Shown: positions 17,605-26,108 of the stretch, piece by piece | Layout of the letters: every line of letters starts with the position of its first letter | Position numbering within the stretch: position 1 is the stretch's first letter | DNA from: an uncultured Candidatus Saccharibacteria bacterium | GTDB lineage: Bacteria > Patescibacteriota > Minisyncoccia > Minisyncoccales > GWA2-38-27 | NCBI GenBank assembly: GCA_964509645.1 | Contig: CAZDXV010000001.1 | Coordinates: 15,890 to 79,889 of the forward strand | Length of the DNA: 64,000 nt | Reading direction: 5' to 3' | Program-made: the position numbers and the translations under genes | Notes under the pieces: generated by a model | Seen by the model: only the letters and a program-made list of their open reading frames with translations | Databases searched by the model: none | What the model was told of the DNA's origin: nothing

Positions 17605-20600
17605 GTGCGGATTTTAGCTAAAAGAGCAATTTCCTATGCTTTTCTTTTAATTTTTATAGGCAGTTTTTTGTTTTTGCCTAAAATTGGAATAGCTAAGGAA
17701 ATTTCGGTAGAAGATTTGATCGCCAATTCAGAGAAAATACAGCTAGAAGAGGACGAGGGAAAGCATATATTAAGATCTCTTCTACAAGAACTTCATGATG
17801 AATGGGAAGCTGTTGTAGTAGAAGGAGGAGAGAAAGTTAAAGAAAAGGAAGTTATTTTACTTGCAGTAAAGAAAGCTGTTCAAAAAGATTTATTCAATTA
17901 TGTATTTTTAGAGGCCCCTAAAGAAATAGGGAAAGAAATTATTAAAATAGGGGCGAAAATAGTAGCTATAGTTTGGGGGGGAGATCCTTCTACTATTACC
18001 AAAGAGGCTTTAGAGGAAATAGAGAAATTATCTGTAGAGAAGGCAAAAGAATATGTGATGGAGTGGCTTCTACAGAATCAGATTAAAGTTATTGGGGGAA
18101 ATCTTTCTGTTTCTTATTACTCTCTTAAAGCAGAGTTTCAGCATATCATTATCTATAGACCGGTAGCTGTTAATGAGGGAAGAGTAAATATTAGTATCTA
18201 CTCTTCTTCTGTTATTAATAACATTCCTTATCCTGGACCTTATTTTCAATGGGAAGGAGGCATAGATAAATTACCTCCCTTTATACTTGAAATAGAAGGA
18301 ATGGTTAAGAAAGATAGATATGGAAGCTATGTTTGGACAGAGGGACCTGAAATGAACTACATATTTGATCAGAGGGTGCCAGAGTTTACTTTTAAAGAGA
18401 TTGGCTTTTTTGATAAGTGGAGAGCTGAAATAAAGAAGAGTCTGTTGGCTTTTGATAAATTGAAGGGAATAATAGAGGAAATAAGCAAAAAAGGGCAGGA
18501 ATACGGAGGAGATTTCTGGGAGGAATTTAGGTCTGTTCTATCTGATTTAAATCCATTTCAGGCTACAGTTAATCCAGAAAACCTTTTTCCGGAAGGCTAC
18601 TCGGAAGTAGATTTTTCTGAAATTGAAGCAGAAGAGCCTTCTTCTGAGACTCCTCAAGAAGATTCAGAGGTAGAAGAACTAGAAAAAGAACCGGAAGAGG
18701 AACTGGATCAAGAATCCGGGGAAGTTTTAGAAAAAGAAGGAAAATCAAGACAGGATGTTATGGATGATATTTTAGAAAGAATAGATATTTTAAACAGCAG
18801 GATTGATAAATTAAATCAAAAAAATGAAGATAGTGGTTCTGGAGAGGAGAAACAAGAAGAGAAGGAGGATAGAGATTATGAAGAAGACGAAAAAGAGGAA
18901 GAAGAAGACGAAGAAGAGGAAGATGATGAAGAAGACGAAGAGGAAAACCAAGAGGAAAGCAATACAGGAGGAGGCGGAGGATCTTCAGAGCCTGATTATT
19001 GTAATATTCCGGCCTCAGATCCTTCGAAAGAAAGGGTAATTTTAAACGAAATAGCTTGGATGGGAACAGAATCTTCTTCTAATGATGAATGGATTGAGCT
19101 TAAGAATATTTCAGATGAAGCTGTTAATGTAAACGGATGGCAGATTATAGACAGGGACGGACAGATAAAGGAAATTTTAGTTTCTAAAGAGCTTCAGCCA
19201 GGAGAATTCTATCTTTTAGAAAGAACAGACGATAGTTCGGTTCCAACTGTTTTAGCCGATCTTATTTACACAGGAGGTTTAAACAATACAAATGAGGCTC
19301 TTTATCTTTTTGACAATAATTGTCAGCTTCAAGATAAAGTAGAAGCTGATCCTGATTGGCCGGCAGGCAACAACGAGAATAAAAAAACAATGGAAAGGGG
19401 ACCGGATTTGAATTGGCATACTTTTTCAGGAGAGGGCAATGGAACGCCGAAATCGGAGAATAGCTCTCTTCTTTCTGTAGCTGTTTTAGATGTTTCACCT
19501 AAAACCCTTTTATTTGAAAGTAAATCATCTTCTTCTGCAATAATAAGAGTAGACACCAAGGGGAAGAATCTGGGGTGGACTGCCAGTTCTTCTGCGGCAT
19601 GGCTTGAGATAAACCCTGTTTCCGCTACCAGTTCTCAGGATGTTAGCGTATCGGTTGACTGCGGTAATTTATCTCCAGGCGATTATTCTGCCGATATTAT
19701 CTTTTCAACAGAGGATTTGGAAGAAACAGTAGAAATTGACTTAATTGTTGAGCCGGAGATAAAACCTTTAGATCATTTAGTTATTTCAGAGGTTCAACTG
19801 GGAGATAAAGAGTTTGTAGAACTTTACAATCCAAAAAACCAGGATATAGACCTTTCTTCCTTTTACTTCTCTTATTACTCTTCCAGTAGAGAAGAGTGGA
19901 ATAATCCTTATCGCAACAAACAGTTTTCTGCAAGCTCAACTATCTCTGCCAAGGGGCATTATTTAATAGGATTTAAGGGCTACCCTGATGTTTTAGGCAA
20001 TCCTGCTAGCGATTGGCAGATTTATTCTTCTTCCCAATTAAGCGACTCTGAAGGAAGTATAGCTATATTTCCTTGGAATCCTTTAGAAAAGTCCTCAGAA
20101 GAGGCGGAAGAAGGAAGAATAGATGCAGTAGGCTGGGGAAATGTTTCTATAAAAGAAGGCGAGAGTTGCGGTTCTGTCTCTGAGGGAAAAAGCTTAAATA
20201 GAATTAACGGGCAGGATACAGATTTTAACAGTTTTGACTTTGAGGAAAAAGAACCAACTCCCATTAATTCAAAAAATGAAACGTATTCTATTCCTTCTTC
20301 TGATAAGTTTGCCTGGCCCATGATTCAACAAAATCCAAAACATACAGGCAGGAGCAAGCATTCTATTCCAGAAAACTTGGAAGAAAAATGGAGTTTGGTT
20401 TTAGAAGACTCTATTTCAGGAAGGAACATAGGAGCGAGTTATCAGCCGATAATAGGAAAAGATGACATTGTTTATTATGTTTTAAGAGAGTCCTCAGACA
20501 ATGTTTGGGGCAGAATTTGTGCTGTAGATCCAAACGGCAATAGAAAATGGAGTTATGAACTAGATGGAGATTTTCCTTATGCACCAAGTATAGGTTCGGA

Positions 20601-21933
20601 CGGAACAATTTACGTCCCCACCCATAGAGGTTTTGTTTATGCTCTTAACCCTCAGGGAAAAGAAAAATGGAGGTTTGATACGGGAGAGGAAGACTGGATA
20701 TCTAAAATTTCGATAGGGGAATATCATAATATTTATTTTACAGATTACAAGTATGTCTATAGCGTTGACTCTAAGGGCGATCTCAACTGGAAGAATACGG
20801 GAGTAACAAGAGGGGGTTCGGCTAATCTAGGTCCTGCCATAGGGGAAGATGGAACAATTTATGTTTCTTGGACGGGGTTTAAGAATTTTCAAGATGCACG
20901 GACAGGAGCTTTGTACGCCTACAACCCAGTGGACGGGAGCGAAAAATGGCATACTCTTCTTGATCATGATGCTACATCTCCCGTTGTAGGAGCAGACAAC
21001 AAAATATATCTTATAGCGGGAGATCCCTGGGCGGGACATGAATACCGCACTTTAAGAGCTTTTAATCCAGACACAGGAGAAGAAGCGTGGAGGAGTGAAA
21101 AGGCTTCAGACGGAAGTATTAAAATTCCTCTTTTAAGTTCTGATAATAGGATAATTATAACAGACAGCTGGGGAGAGTTTGTAGGATGGTCCTGGGGAAG
21201 CCAAGTTTATCAGCCAGTTTCTAATATGACATCGTATAACTTTGATGGAGACATAGTTTGGGAGTCTGAAATAAAGAAAAGCCTTACCTTTTACAAAAAT
21301 ATTTTAGTTGGAAACCAGAATAAGATTTTAACTCAAAGAAAAGTTTATGATAAAGAATGGAAATTTCCATTTATTAAAAACGAAATAGAGCTTTTCGGTG
21401 CTGATTACAGTTCTTTGGAGAAAATAGATATCTCAGGAGAGTTTTTGTCTTCTTTTTCAGCGGGGGAAAACCACATTTATTTTATAGTAAAAGATAATGA
21501 TAAAATAATGCTCAAAGCTTTTGGAGAGGGGCCTAAGAAAGTAAAAGGATGTACAGATCCCGAAGCTTTAAATTATAACCCAGAAGCTGTTACTGATGAC
21601 GGCTCCTGTATCGTTCCAGAAGTCGAAACAGATAATTTAAATTCTGTTCCTCCCTTAGAGTCTCTTGCTCCTCTTTCAAGTTCTTCTACTCAGCTTGATT
21701 CTTCTTCTATTCCTTTTGAAATAAAAGAGGAAGAGAGCAGTAGCTCCACTGTTCTTAAAGAAGAAGAAAGCGTGCAGATAGAAAGCGGGTCTTCTACTCC
21801 CGACATTTTTCTTAAAAAAAATAGCAGTTCTACGCAAGAAACCTCTTTTGTTTCAGGATCATCTTCTGCGGTAGAGGAATTAAAGACAGAGAAGATTGAA
21901 GATGGTTCAGCAAGTTCTACTGCCGGCTATTGA
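17605..21933 (+). CDS. Large secreted surface protein: acidic linker, two lamin-tail domains, BACON/Ig-like domain, PQQ-type beta-propeller, GCTDP repeat, Ser-rich tail
   Basis: VILNEIAWMG...EWIEL and LVISEV...EFVELYNP; WLEINP; repeated YALNPxGxxKW; GCTDPEALNYNP. Confidence 0.8.
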   Translation: MRILAKRAISYAFLLIFIGSFLFLPKIGIAKEISVEDLIANSEKIQLEEDEGKHILRSLLQELHDEWEAVVVEGGEKVKEKEVILLAVKKAVQKDLFNYVFLEAPKEIGKEIIKIGAKIVAIVWGGDPSTITKEALEEIEKLSVEKAKEYVMEWLLQNQIKVIGGNLSVSYYSLKAEFQHIIIYRPVAVNEGRVNISIYSSSVINNIPYPGPYFQWEGGIDKLPPFILEIEGMVKKDRYGSYVWTEGPEMNYIFDQRVPEFTFKEIGFFDKWRAEIKKSLLAFDKLKGIIEEISKKGQEYGGDFWEEFRSVLSDLNPFQATVNPENLFPEGYSEVDFSEIEAEEPSSETPQEDSEVEELEKEPEEELDQESGEVLEKEGKSRQDVMDDILERIDILNSRIDKLNQKNEDSGSGEEKQEEKEDRDYEEDEKEEEEDEEEEDDEEDEEENQEESNTGGGGGSSEPDYCNIPASDPSKERVILNEIAWMGTESSSNDEWIELKNISDEAVNVNGWQIIDRDGQIKEILVSKELQPGEFYLLERTDDSSVPTVLADLIYTGGLNNTNEALYLFDNNCQLQDKVEADPDWPAGNNENKKTMERGPDLNWHTFSGEGNGTPKSENSSLLSVAVLDVSPKTLLFESKSSSSAIIRVDTKGKNLGWTASSSAAWLEINPVSATSSQDVSVSVDCGNLSPGDYSADIIFSTEDLEETVEIDLIVEPEIKPLDHLVISEVQLGDKEFVELYNPKNQDIDLSSFYFSYYSSSREEWNNPYRNKQFSASSTISAKGHYLIGFKGYPDVLGNPASDWQIYSSSQLSDSEGSIAIFPWNPLEKSSEEAEEGRIDAVGWGNVSIKEGESCGSVSEGKSLNRINGQDTDFNSFDFEEKEPTPINSKNETYSIPSSDKFAWPMIQQNPKHTGRSKHSIPENLEEKWSLVLEDSISGRNIGASYQPIIGKDDIVYYVLRESSDNVWGRICAVDPNGNRKWSYELDGDFPYAPSIGSDGTIYVPTHRGFVYALNPQGKEKWRFDTGEEDWISKISIGEYHNIYFTDYKYVYSVDSKGDLNWKNTGVTRGGSANLGPAIGEDGTIYVSWTGFKNFQDARTGALYAYNPVDGSEKWHTLLDHDATSPVVGADNKIYLIAGDPWAGHEYRTLRAFNPDTGEEAWRSEKASDGSIKIPLLSSDNRIIITDSWGEFVGWSWGSQVYQPVSNMTSYNFDGDIVWESEIKKSLTFYKNILVGNQNKILTQRKVYDKEWKFPFIKNEIELFGADYSSLEKIDISGEFLSSFSAGENHIYFIVKDNDKIMLKAFGEGPKKVKGCTDPEALNYNPEAVTDDGSCIVPEVETDNLNSVPPLESLAPLSSSSTQLDSSSIPFEIKEEESSSSTVLKEEESVQIESGSSTPDIFLKKNSSSTQETSFVSGSSSAVEELKTEKIEDGSASSTAGY

Positions 21934-21964
21934 TAATATATTTAGTTGTACGTTATAATGTACA
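21930..21964 (+). promoter_or_regulatory. Toxin-antitoxin promoter with operator palindrome
   Basis: TTGATA-18-TATAAT, with the -10 enclosed by TGTAC-N8-GTACA (YefM-type operator). Confidence 0.65.
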
Positions 21965-21983
21965 CACAATAAAGAACAACAAT

Positions 21984-22331
21984 ATGAGCCCTAAAAATAC
22001 TCTTCCAATTTCACAAGCAAGAAAGGAAATATTTAAGATTGCAGATAAAGTTCAAAAACCCTCTAATTATTATACTTTGACCGAGAAGGGAAAACCCAAA
22101 GCTGTAGTTATCTCTGCAGAAGAGTTTGATTCTTGGCAAGAAACTTTAGAAGTAATAAAAGATTTTCCTAATCTTGAAAAAGAAGCTAAAAGAGCTGAAA
22201 AGGATCTTGAAAAAGGAAATTTTTCTTCCCTAGAAGAAGTATTGGCTGAAGAGGGCTTTATTTTTTCTAAAAAGCAGTCTAAAAATGTATCAAATAGTTT
22301 TTCCAAAAAGGGCGGAAAAAGACATAAATAA
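21984..22331 (+). CDS. Phd/YefM family antitoxin
   Basis: ISQARKE...LTEKGKPKAVVISAEEFDSWQETL. Confidence 0.88.
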   Translation: MSPKNTLPISQARKEIFKIADKVQKPSNYYTLTEKGKPKAVVISAEEFDSWQETLEVIKDFPNLEKEAKRAEKDLEKGNFSSLEEVLAEEGFIFSKKQSKNVSNSFSKKGGKRHK

Positions 22332-22536
22332 AATTGACAAAAAGTACAAGCCGCGAATTATCGCGGCTCTTTTTGATCTAAAAGAAGATCCTTTTTTGGG
22401 AAAACTCTTAAAAGGAAAACTAAAGGGTCTTTATTTTTTAAGAATTTATCCTTACAGGATTATTTATAAGGTTTACAGAAAGAAGCTTTTAATTATTGTG
22501 ATAAGAATAGCTCATCGCCAAAAAGCTTATAAGTAG
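22285..22536 (+). CDS. RelE/ParE family toxin
   Basis: Basic 83 aa, LRIYPYRIIY...IAHRQKAY; overlaps antitoxin. Confidence 0.88.
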   Translation: MYQIVFPKRAEKDINKIDKKYKPRIIAALFDLKEDPFLGKLLKGKLKGLYFLRIYPYRIIYKVYRKKLLIIVIRIAHRQKAYK

Positions 22537-22608
22537 CCGTTTTAAAAGTTTTCCACAGAAAAAACTTTACAGAGAAACAAGTTTGTGTAAAATAAGAAAC
22601 CACAGATT

Positions 22609-23067
22609 ATGGATTTTGAAAGAAAATCTTTTCTTGCCAATATAGATTATAAGGAAATACTGTCTTTTTTCCTTATTTTCCTTGCTTTGGCTGTAGTTGT
22701 TCTTCAGCTTACAGACAGAGTGGATATAAATAAATTTACAGCAGAGGTTTACAACAATCTCGCTTTTTTGCTTCCCGGAGCTTCTTCTAAAACAGAAGAG
22801 CTTTTTGAAGAGAGCGCAATCTTTAATATTAATTTAGAGGCTCTGGAAAAGAACAATGCCGAAATGGAAGCTGAAGTTTCTCAAGGAGTTAATCTTCAGG
22901 AAAAAGTCGGAAAAAAAGAAAACCCCGTTCAAAAGTCTCAGACAGAGCAGATGAGAGACAAAGTAAAAGAGCTTAGGAATGAAATAACTGTTCTCCAGCT
23001 TGAGCTTAATCAAACTCAAAAGAGGGTAAACGGCCTTCAAGAGAGAATAAATCAGCTTCAAAGCTGA
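22609..23067 (+). CDS. Hypothetical membrane-anchored coiled-coil protein
   Basis: One TM and C-terminal heptads; terminator at about 23084-23106. Confidence 0.65.
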   Translation: MDFERKSFLANIDYKEILSFFLIFLALAVVVLQLTDRVDINKFTAEVYNNLAFLLPGASSKTEELFEESAIFNINLEALEKNNAEMEAEVSQGVNLQEKVGKKENPVQKSQTEQMRDKVKELRNEITVLQLELNQTQKRVNGLQERINQLQS

Positions 23068-23172
23068 TTTTGAATATTATATTCAACTGCTTTTTGGCAG
23101 TTTTTTATTTGACTTTAAGTTAAAGATATAATAGTATTTTTCTTATGAACCTTAAAAACAGAAAGGGAGGAA

Positions 23173-23448
23173 ATGGTAAACAAAAACCCTGCTCACGAAA
23201 TTATTATGAGAGAAATTGAAGATCTTTCCCAGTCTAGAGGAAACGCCTTTTTTCGCGAAGTTATGACAGCAATGATTGAATTGTTTTGTGATACTTTAAG
23301 AAATATTATCATTCCAAGAGAAGAAATTCCCGCTTTGATCGAAAGAGTGGAAAGATTAAGAAGTTCGTCTTCTCCCGGACGAGAAAAACCTCTTGCCAAA
23401 CTCAAAAAAGAACTGGAAGAATACCTGGAAAAAGGAGAAAGAGAATGA
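23173..23448 (+). CDS. Hypothetical protein
   Basis: GGGAGG SD; promoter TTGACT-17-TAGTAT (23109-23137). Confidence 0.65.
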   Translation: MVNKNPAHEIIMREIEDLSQSRGNAFFREVMTAMIELFCDTLRNIIIPREEIPALIERVERLRSSSSPGREKPLAKLKKELEEYLEKGERE

Positions 23449-23663
23449 TGTTTCTTGTAGAGGAGGTGAGGAAGAACGTCTCAGGATCTTGGGATTTTAC
23501 TAACAGGAGAATTCTGGGATATAAGGAGGCCCCCTCTTTGAGAGAGGCCACAAAAGAGCTGGGAGCTATTACTACCTGTTGCGGAGAGAAGGCAAAGCTG
23601 TTTGTTGAAAAATGGACCGGAAATACCAGGGGATGGATTCTTACTCCCCTAGAAAAGATTTAA
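23445..23663 (+). CDS. Hypothetical protein
   Basis: ATGA overlap with previous gene; terminator AAAAAGCTCC/GGAGCTTTTT at 23672-23698. Confidence 0.6.
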   Translation: MMFLVEEVRKNVSGSWDFTNRRILGYKEAPSLREATKELGAITTCCGEKAKLFVEKWTGNTRGWILTPLEKI

Positions 23664-23774
23664 CGGTTCCAAAAAAGCTCCTGACAAAGGAGCTTTTTAT
23701 TACTTTTCCACAGTTTTACTTTTTTATTCTTTTGATATAGAATAATTAAATTAGGTTCAACTAATTGTTTTTTT

Positions 23775-24386
23775 ATGAACAAAAAAGAGCTTACAGATTT
23801 AACTAACAAGGTTTACAAAATTACCCTGCTTTTCCCAAAAAAGGATCCTTTAAGGTATAAGGTAAGAGAAAAAGCAAATGATCTTTTGGCCGGTTTTGTT
23901 GCTTGGGAAAGCTATTGCAGTCCGAATCCGGGAAGCATTTTGGGAACTAAAAAAGATGAAAGAGAAATTCTTTTTTCTTTGGAAAAAGATTTTGATATAA
24001 TAAGAAGCTATTTTGAGGTAGCCAAATGGCAGAACTGGGTAAACTATTTTGACATATTGGAGCTTCAGGAAGACTATGATAAGATAAAGGGAGCGTTGAA
24101 AGAAGAAATAGGAAAGCTTAAAAAAGACAGTCCGAAAGGGGAAGAGCTTAAAAAGGTTAAAACAGAGCAGGTTGTGGAGGAAGATTTAGATGGAAGAAAA
24201 GGAGAAATAATCAAGATTCTTAAAAAGGTTAACAGGATTCAAGTCGGAGAAATTACAGATCTTCTTCCAAGTGTCTCCAAAAGAACTTTAAGGCGTGATT
24301 TCCATAAATTAGTGGAGCAGGGGACAGTTGAAAGGGTAGGAGACAAAAACAACACCTTTTACAGGTTAAGAAATAAAGAAGTATAG
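23775..24386 (+). CDS. Four-helix-bundle (23S rRNA IVP/Avd-like) domain fused to a DeoR-type HTH
   Basis: VYKITLLFPKKDPLRYKVREKA; C-terminal VSKRTLRRDFHKLVEQG. Confidence 0.75.
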   Translation: MNKKELTDLTNKVYKITLLFPKKDPLRYKVREKANDLLAGFVAWESYCSPNPGSILGTKKDEREILFSLEKDFDIIRSYFEVAKWQNWVNYFDILELQEDYDKIKGALKEEIGKLKKDSPKGEELKKVKTEQVVEEDLDGRKGEIIKILKKVNRIQVGEITDLLPSVSKRTLRRDFHKLVEQGTVERVGDKNNTFYRLRNKEV

Positions 24387-24387
24387 C

Positions 24388-24467
24388 AGGACAGAGTAGG
24401 ACAGATAGTAGGACAGAATATCTTTTGTTTCTGTCCTAACTGTCCTAACCTCTGTCTTAATTGTCCT
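24388..24467. repeat. Array of 3 AGGACAG direct repeats facing 4 inverted copies
   Basis: AGGACAG at 24388, 24398, 24410; CTGTCCT at 24431 and 24440, CTGTCTT 24452, TTGTCCT 24461. Confidence 0.9.
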
Positions 24468-24472
24468 AATAA

Positions 24473-24988
24473 ATGGCAAACCCTAAAAAAACATTCAGTA
24501 AGCTGTACGATAAAAACATCGATCAAATATATCGGTTTATTTACTTTAAAGTAGAATCTGAGGAAATAGCTCAGGATATATGCGCTGAAGCCTTTACTCG
24601 GGGATGGGAAGCTTTTAAAGAAAAGCATGATCAAATAGACAATCCCAGAGCTTTTCTGTATCGGATAGCCCATAACCTTGTAGCTGACCATCATAAAGCT
24701 AGGACAAGGGTAGAGTTTGTTTCTGTTGAAAATATTTCCTTGTCCGATCCGGATACTGACATAAAAGAAATGTCCGAAGTTAATTCTGACTTTAACAATA
24801 TTAAAAAAGCTCTGGAGGGGATAAATGAGGACTATAAAGAGATTATAGTGATGCACTATTTAAATGATCTTCAAATACCCGAAATAGCTCAAGCTTTAGA
24901 TAAATCAGAAGGAGCTGTAAGGGTCCAACTTCACCGGGCTATTAAATCTTTGAGAAAAACCCTTGAAAAAAATATAGAAATGTGCTAA
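24473..24988 (+). CDS. ECF-type RNA polymerase sigma factor
   Basis: Region 2 (IYRFIYFKV...AQDI...FLYRIAHNLVADH) and region 4 (EIAQALDKSEGAVRVQLHRA). Confidence 0.93.
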   Translation: MANPKKTFSKLYDKNIDQIYRFIYFKVESEEIAQDICAEAFTRGWEAFKEKHDQIDNPRAFLYRIAHNLVADHHKARTRVEFVSVENISLSDPDTDIKEMSEVNSDFNNIKKALEGINEDYKEIIVMHYLNDLQIPEIAQALDKSEGAVRVQLHRAIKSLRKTLEKNIEMC

Positions 24989-24997
24989 TTTGTGGGG

Positions 24998-25023
24998 TGT
25001 AACAAAAAGCCCTTTATTTCGTC
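24998..25023 (+). promoter_or_regulatory. Putative ECF sigma promoter for the anti-sigma gene
   Basis: TGTAAC-16bp-CGTC, matching the general ECF AAC/CGT consensus. Confidence 0.6.
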
Positions 25024-25034
25024 ATAACTATACA

Positions 25035-25745
25035 ATGGAGGACAAAAAGCTTCTCAACGAGTTAAAGCAACTAAAAGAGATTAAACCCAGAAAAGACTGG
25101 GTTAGTTTGACTAAAAAAGAGATTTTAGGCGAAAATCCTTCTATTTTCAGTATAGAAGAGCTTATTTTAGGAGCTAAAATGGTTTTAAGGCATAAAGCCG
25201 CTTTTTCTTCTCTAGTTGTTCTTCTTGTTATTATAGGAACTTTCGGCTTTGCTCAGAATTCAATGCCGGGAGATATGTTTTTTAGTATTAAGAAAGCGGG
25301 AGAAAAGGGAATGAGTATTTTTGCCTCAGACAAAGTAGAAAGGAGTTTTGATATAGCAAACAAAAGATTAGAGGAGTTAACCCTCATATCCCATCAGAAT
25401 AATATAGATAAGCTGGCTCCAGCCATAGAAGAATATCAGACTTCAGTCTCTGAAACGGCAGAAAGCATAAAAAGGGAAGCGGAATCAGGCTCTGCGGACA
25501 AGCTGGCTAGAGAAATAGAGGTTTTAGCTTCAAAAAGAGTAGAACTGGAGGAAGAAGGAGTTGAAATACCCCAAAACGAGTCATATAACGCAGCTATGGG
25601 GAGGTTATTGAAAAGAGAGGTAGCAGATCTTGAAAACAGGTCTTTGATTGAAGAAAATGTTTCTGTTTTAAAAGAAGTTAAAGAGCTGATTGAAGAAGGC
25701 AAATTGGATCAGGCTTTTGTAAAGCTGATGAGCATTAAAAACTAG
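25035..25745 (+). CDS. Putative anti-sigma factor (TM plus DUF5667-like domain)
   Basis: Follows ECF sigma; single TM then SMPGDMFFSIKKAGE...KRLEEL; ATG 25035 preferred. Confidence 0.7.
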   Translation: MEDKKLLNELKQLKEIKPRKDWVSLTKKEILGENPSIFSIEELILGAKMVLRHKAAFSSLVVLLVIIGTFGFAQNSMPGDMFFSIKKAGEKGMSIFASDKVERSFDIANKRLEELTLISHQNNIDKLAPAIEEYQTSVSETAESIKREAESGSADKLAREIEVLASKRVELEEEGVEIPQNESYNAAMGRLLKREVADLENRSLIEENVSVLKEVKELIEEGKLDQAFVKLMSIKN

Positions 25746-25759
25746 TTGAGTTTTCCACA

Positions 25760-25786
25760 TTGACATTATTATAGGACTGGTATAAT
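25760..25786 (+). promoter_or_regulatory. Promoter of the S-layer-like gene
   Basis: TTGACA and extended -10 TGGTATAAT (spacer only 15 bp). Confidence 0.6.
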
Positions 25787-25803
25787 GAAAGAATATTTGT
25801 ATT

Positions 25804-26095
25804 AATCCGCCGCAGTTCTATTTGATACCAAAAATATCAGATAGTCTCGCGGGTTGAAAAAGTCGTTGTTTTCTTGATTTTTTGAGTATTGGGCCCATGC
25901 ACTATAAGGTGCATAGGGTAAACAGAAAGGTTCTGTTAACTCGCACCTGTATGGTGCAAACCGCCTCGCAAGAGGCAGCCAAAAATATTTATACTCAAAA
26001 GTTCGAGACAAGGTCGACGACGACACATTATAAAAGGTCAAAAAAAGTTAAATAATTATCAACTGAAGATCGACAGATTAAAAGGTTGGTAATTA
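25804..26095 (+). ncRNA. Highly structured 5' leader RNA (multi-branch), unknown family
   Basis: Nested long-range helices enclosing four hairpins, flanked by two further hairpins (see findings). Confidence 0.6.
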
Positions 26096-26108
26096 CACAT
26101 TACAAATC

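Noticed and set aside
24388-24467. CRISPR array
   Set aside because: Repeats are 7 bp with 2-5 bp gaps and switch orientation; no spacers or cas genes.
16808-25759. Replication origin suggested by DnaA-like boxes
   Set aside because: Boxes are single and more than 1 kb apart; no cluster and no dnaA/dnaN nearby.
25894-25980. tRNA or tRNA-like cloverleaf
   Set aside because: No T-loop GTTCRA, D-loop or acceptor-stem geometry; treated as part of the leader RNA.
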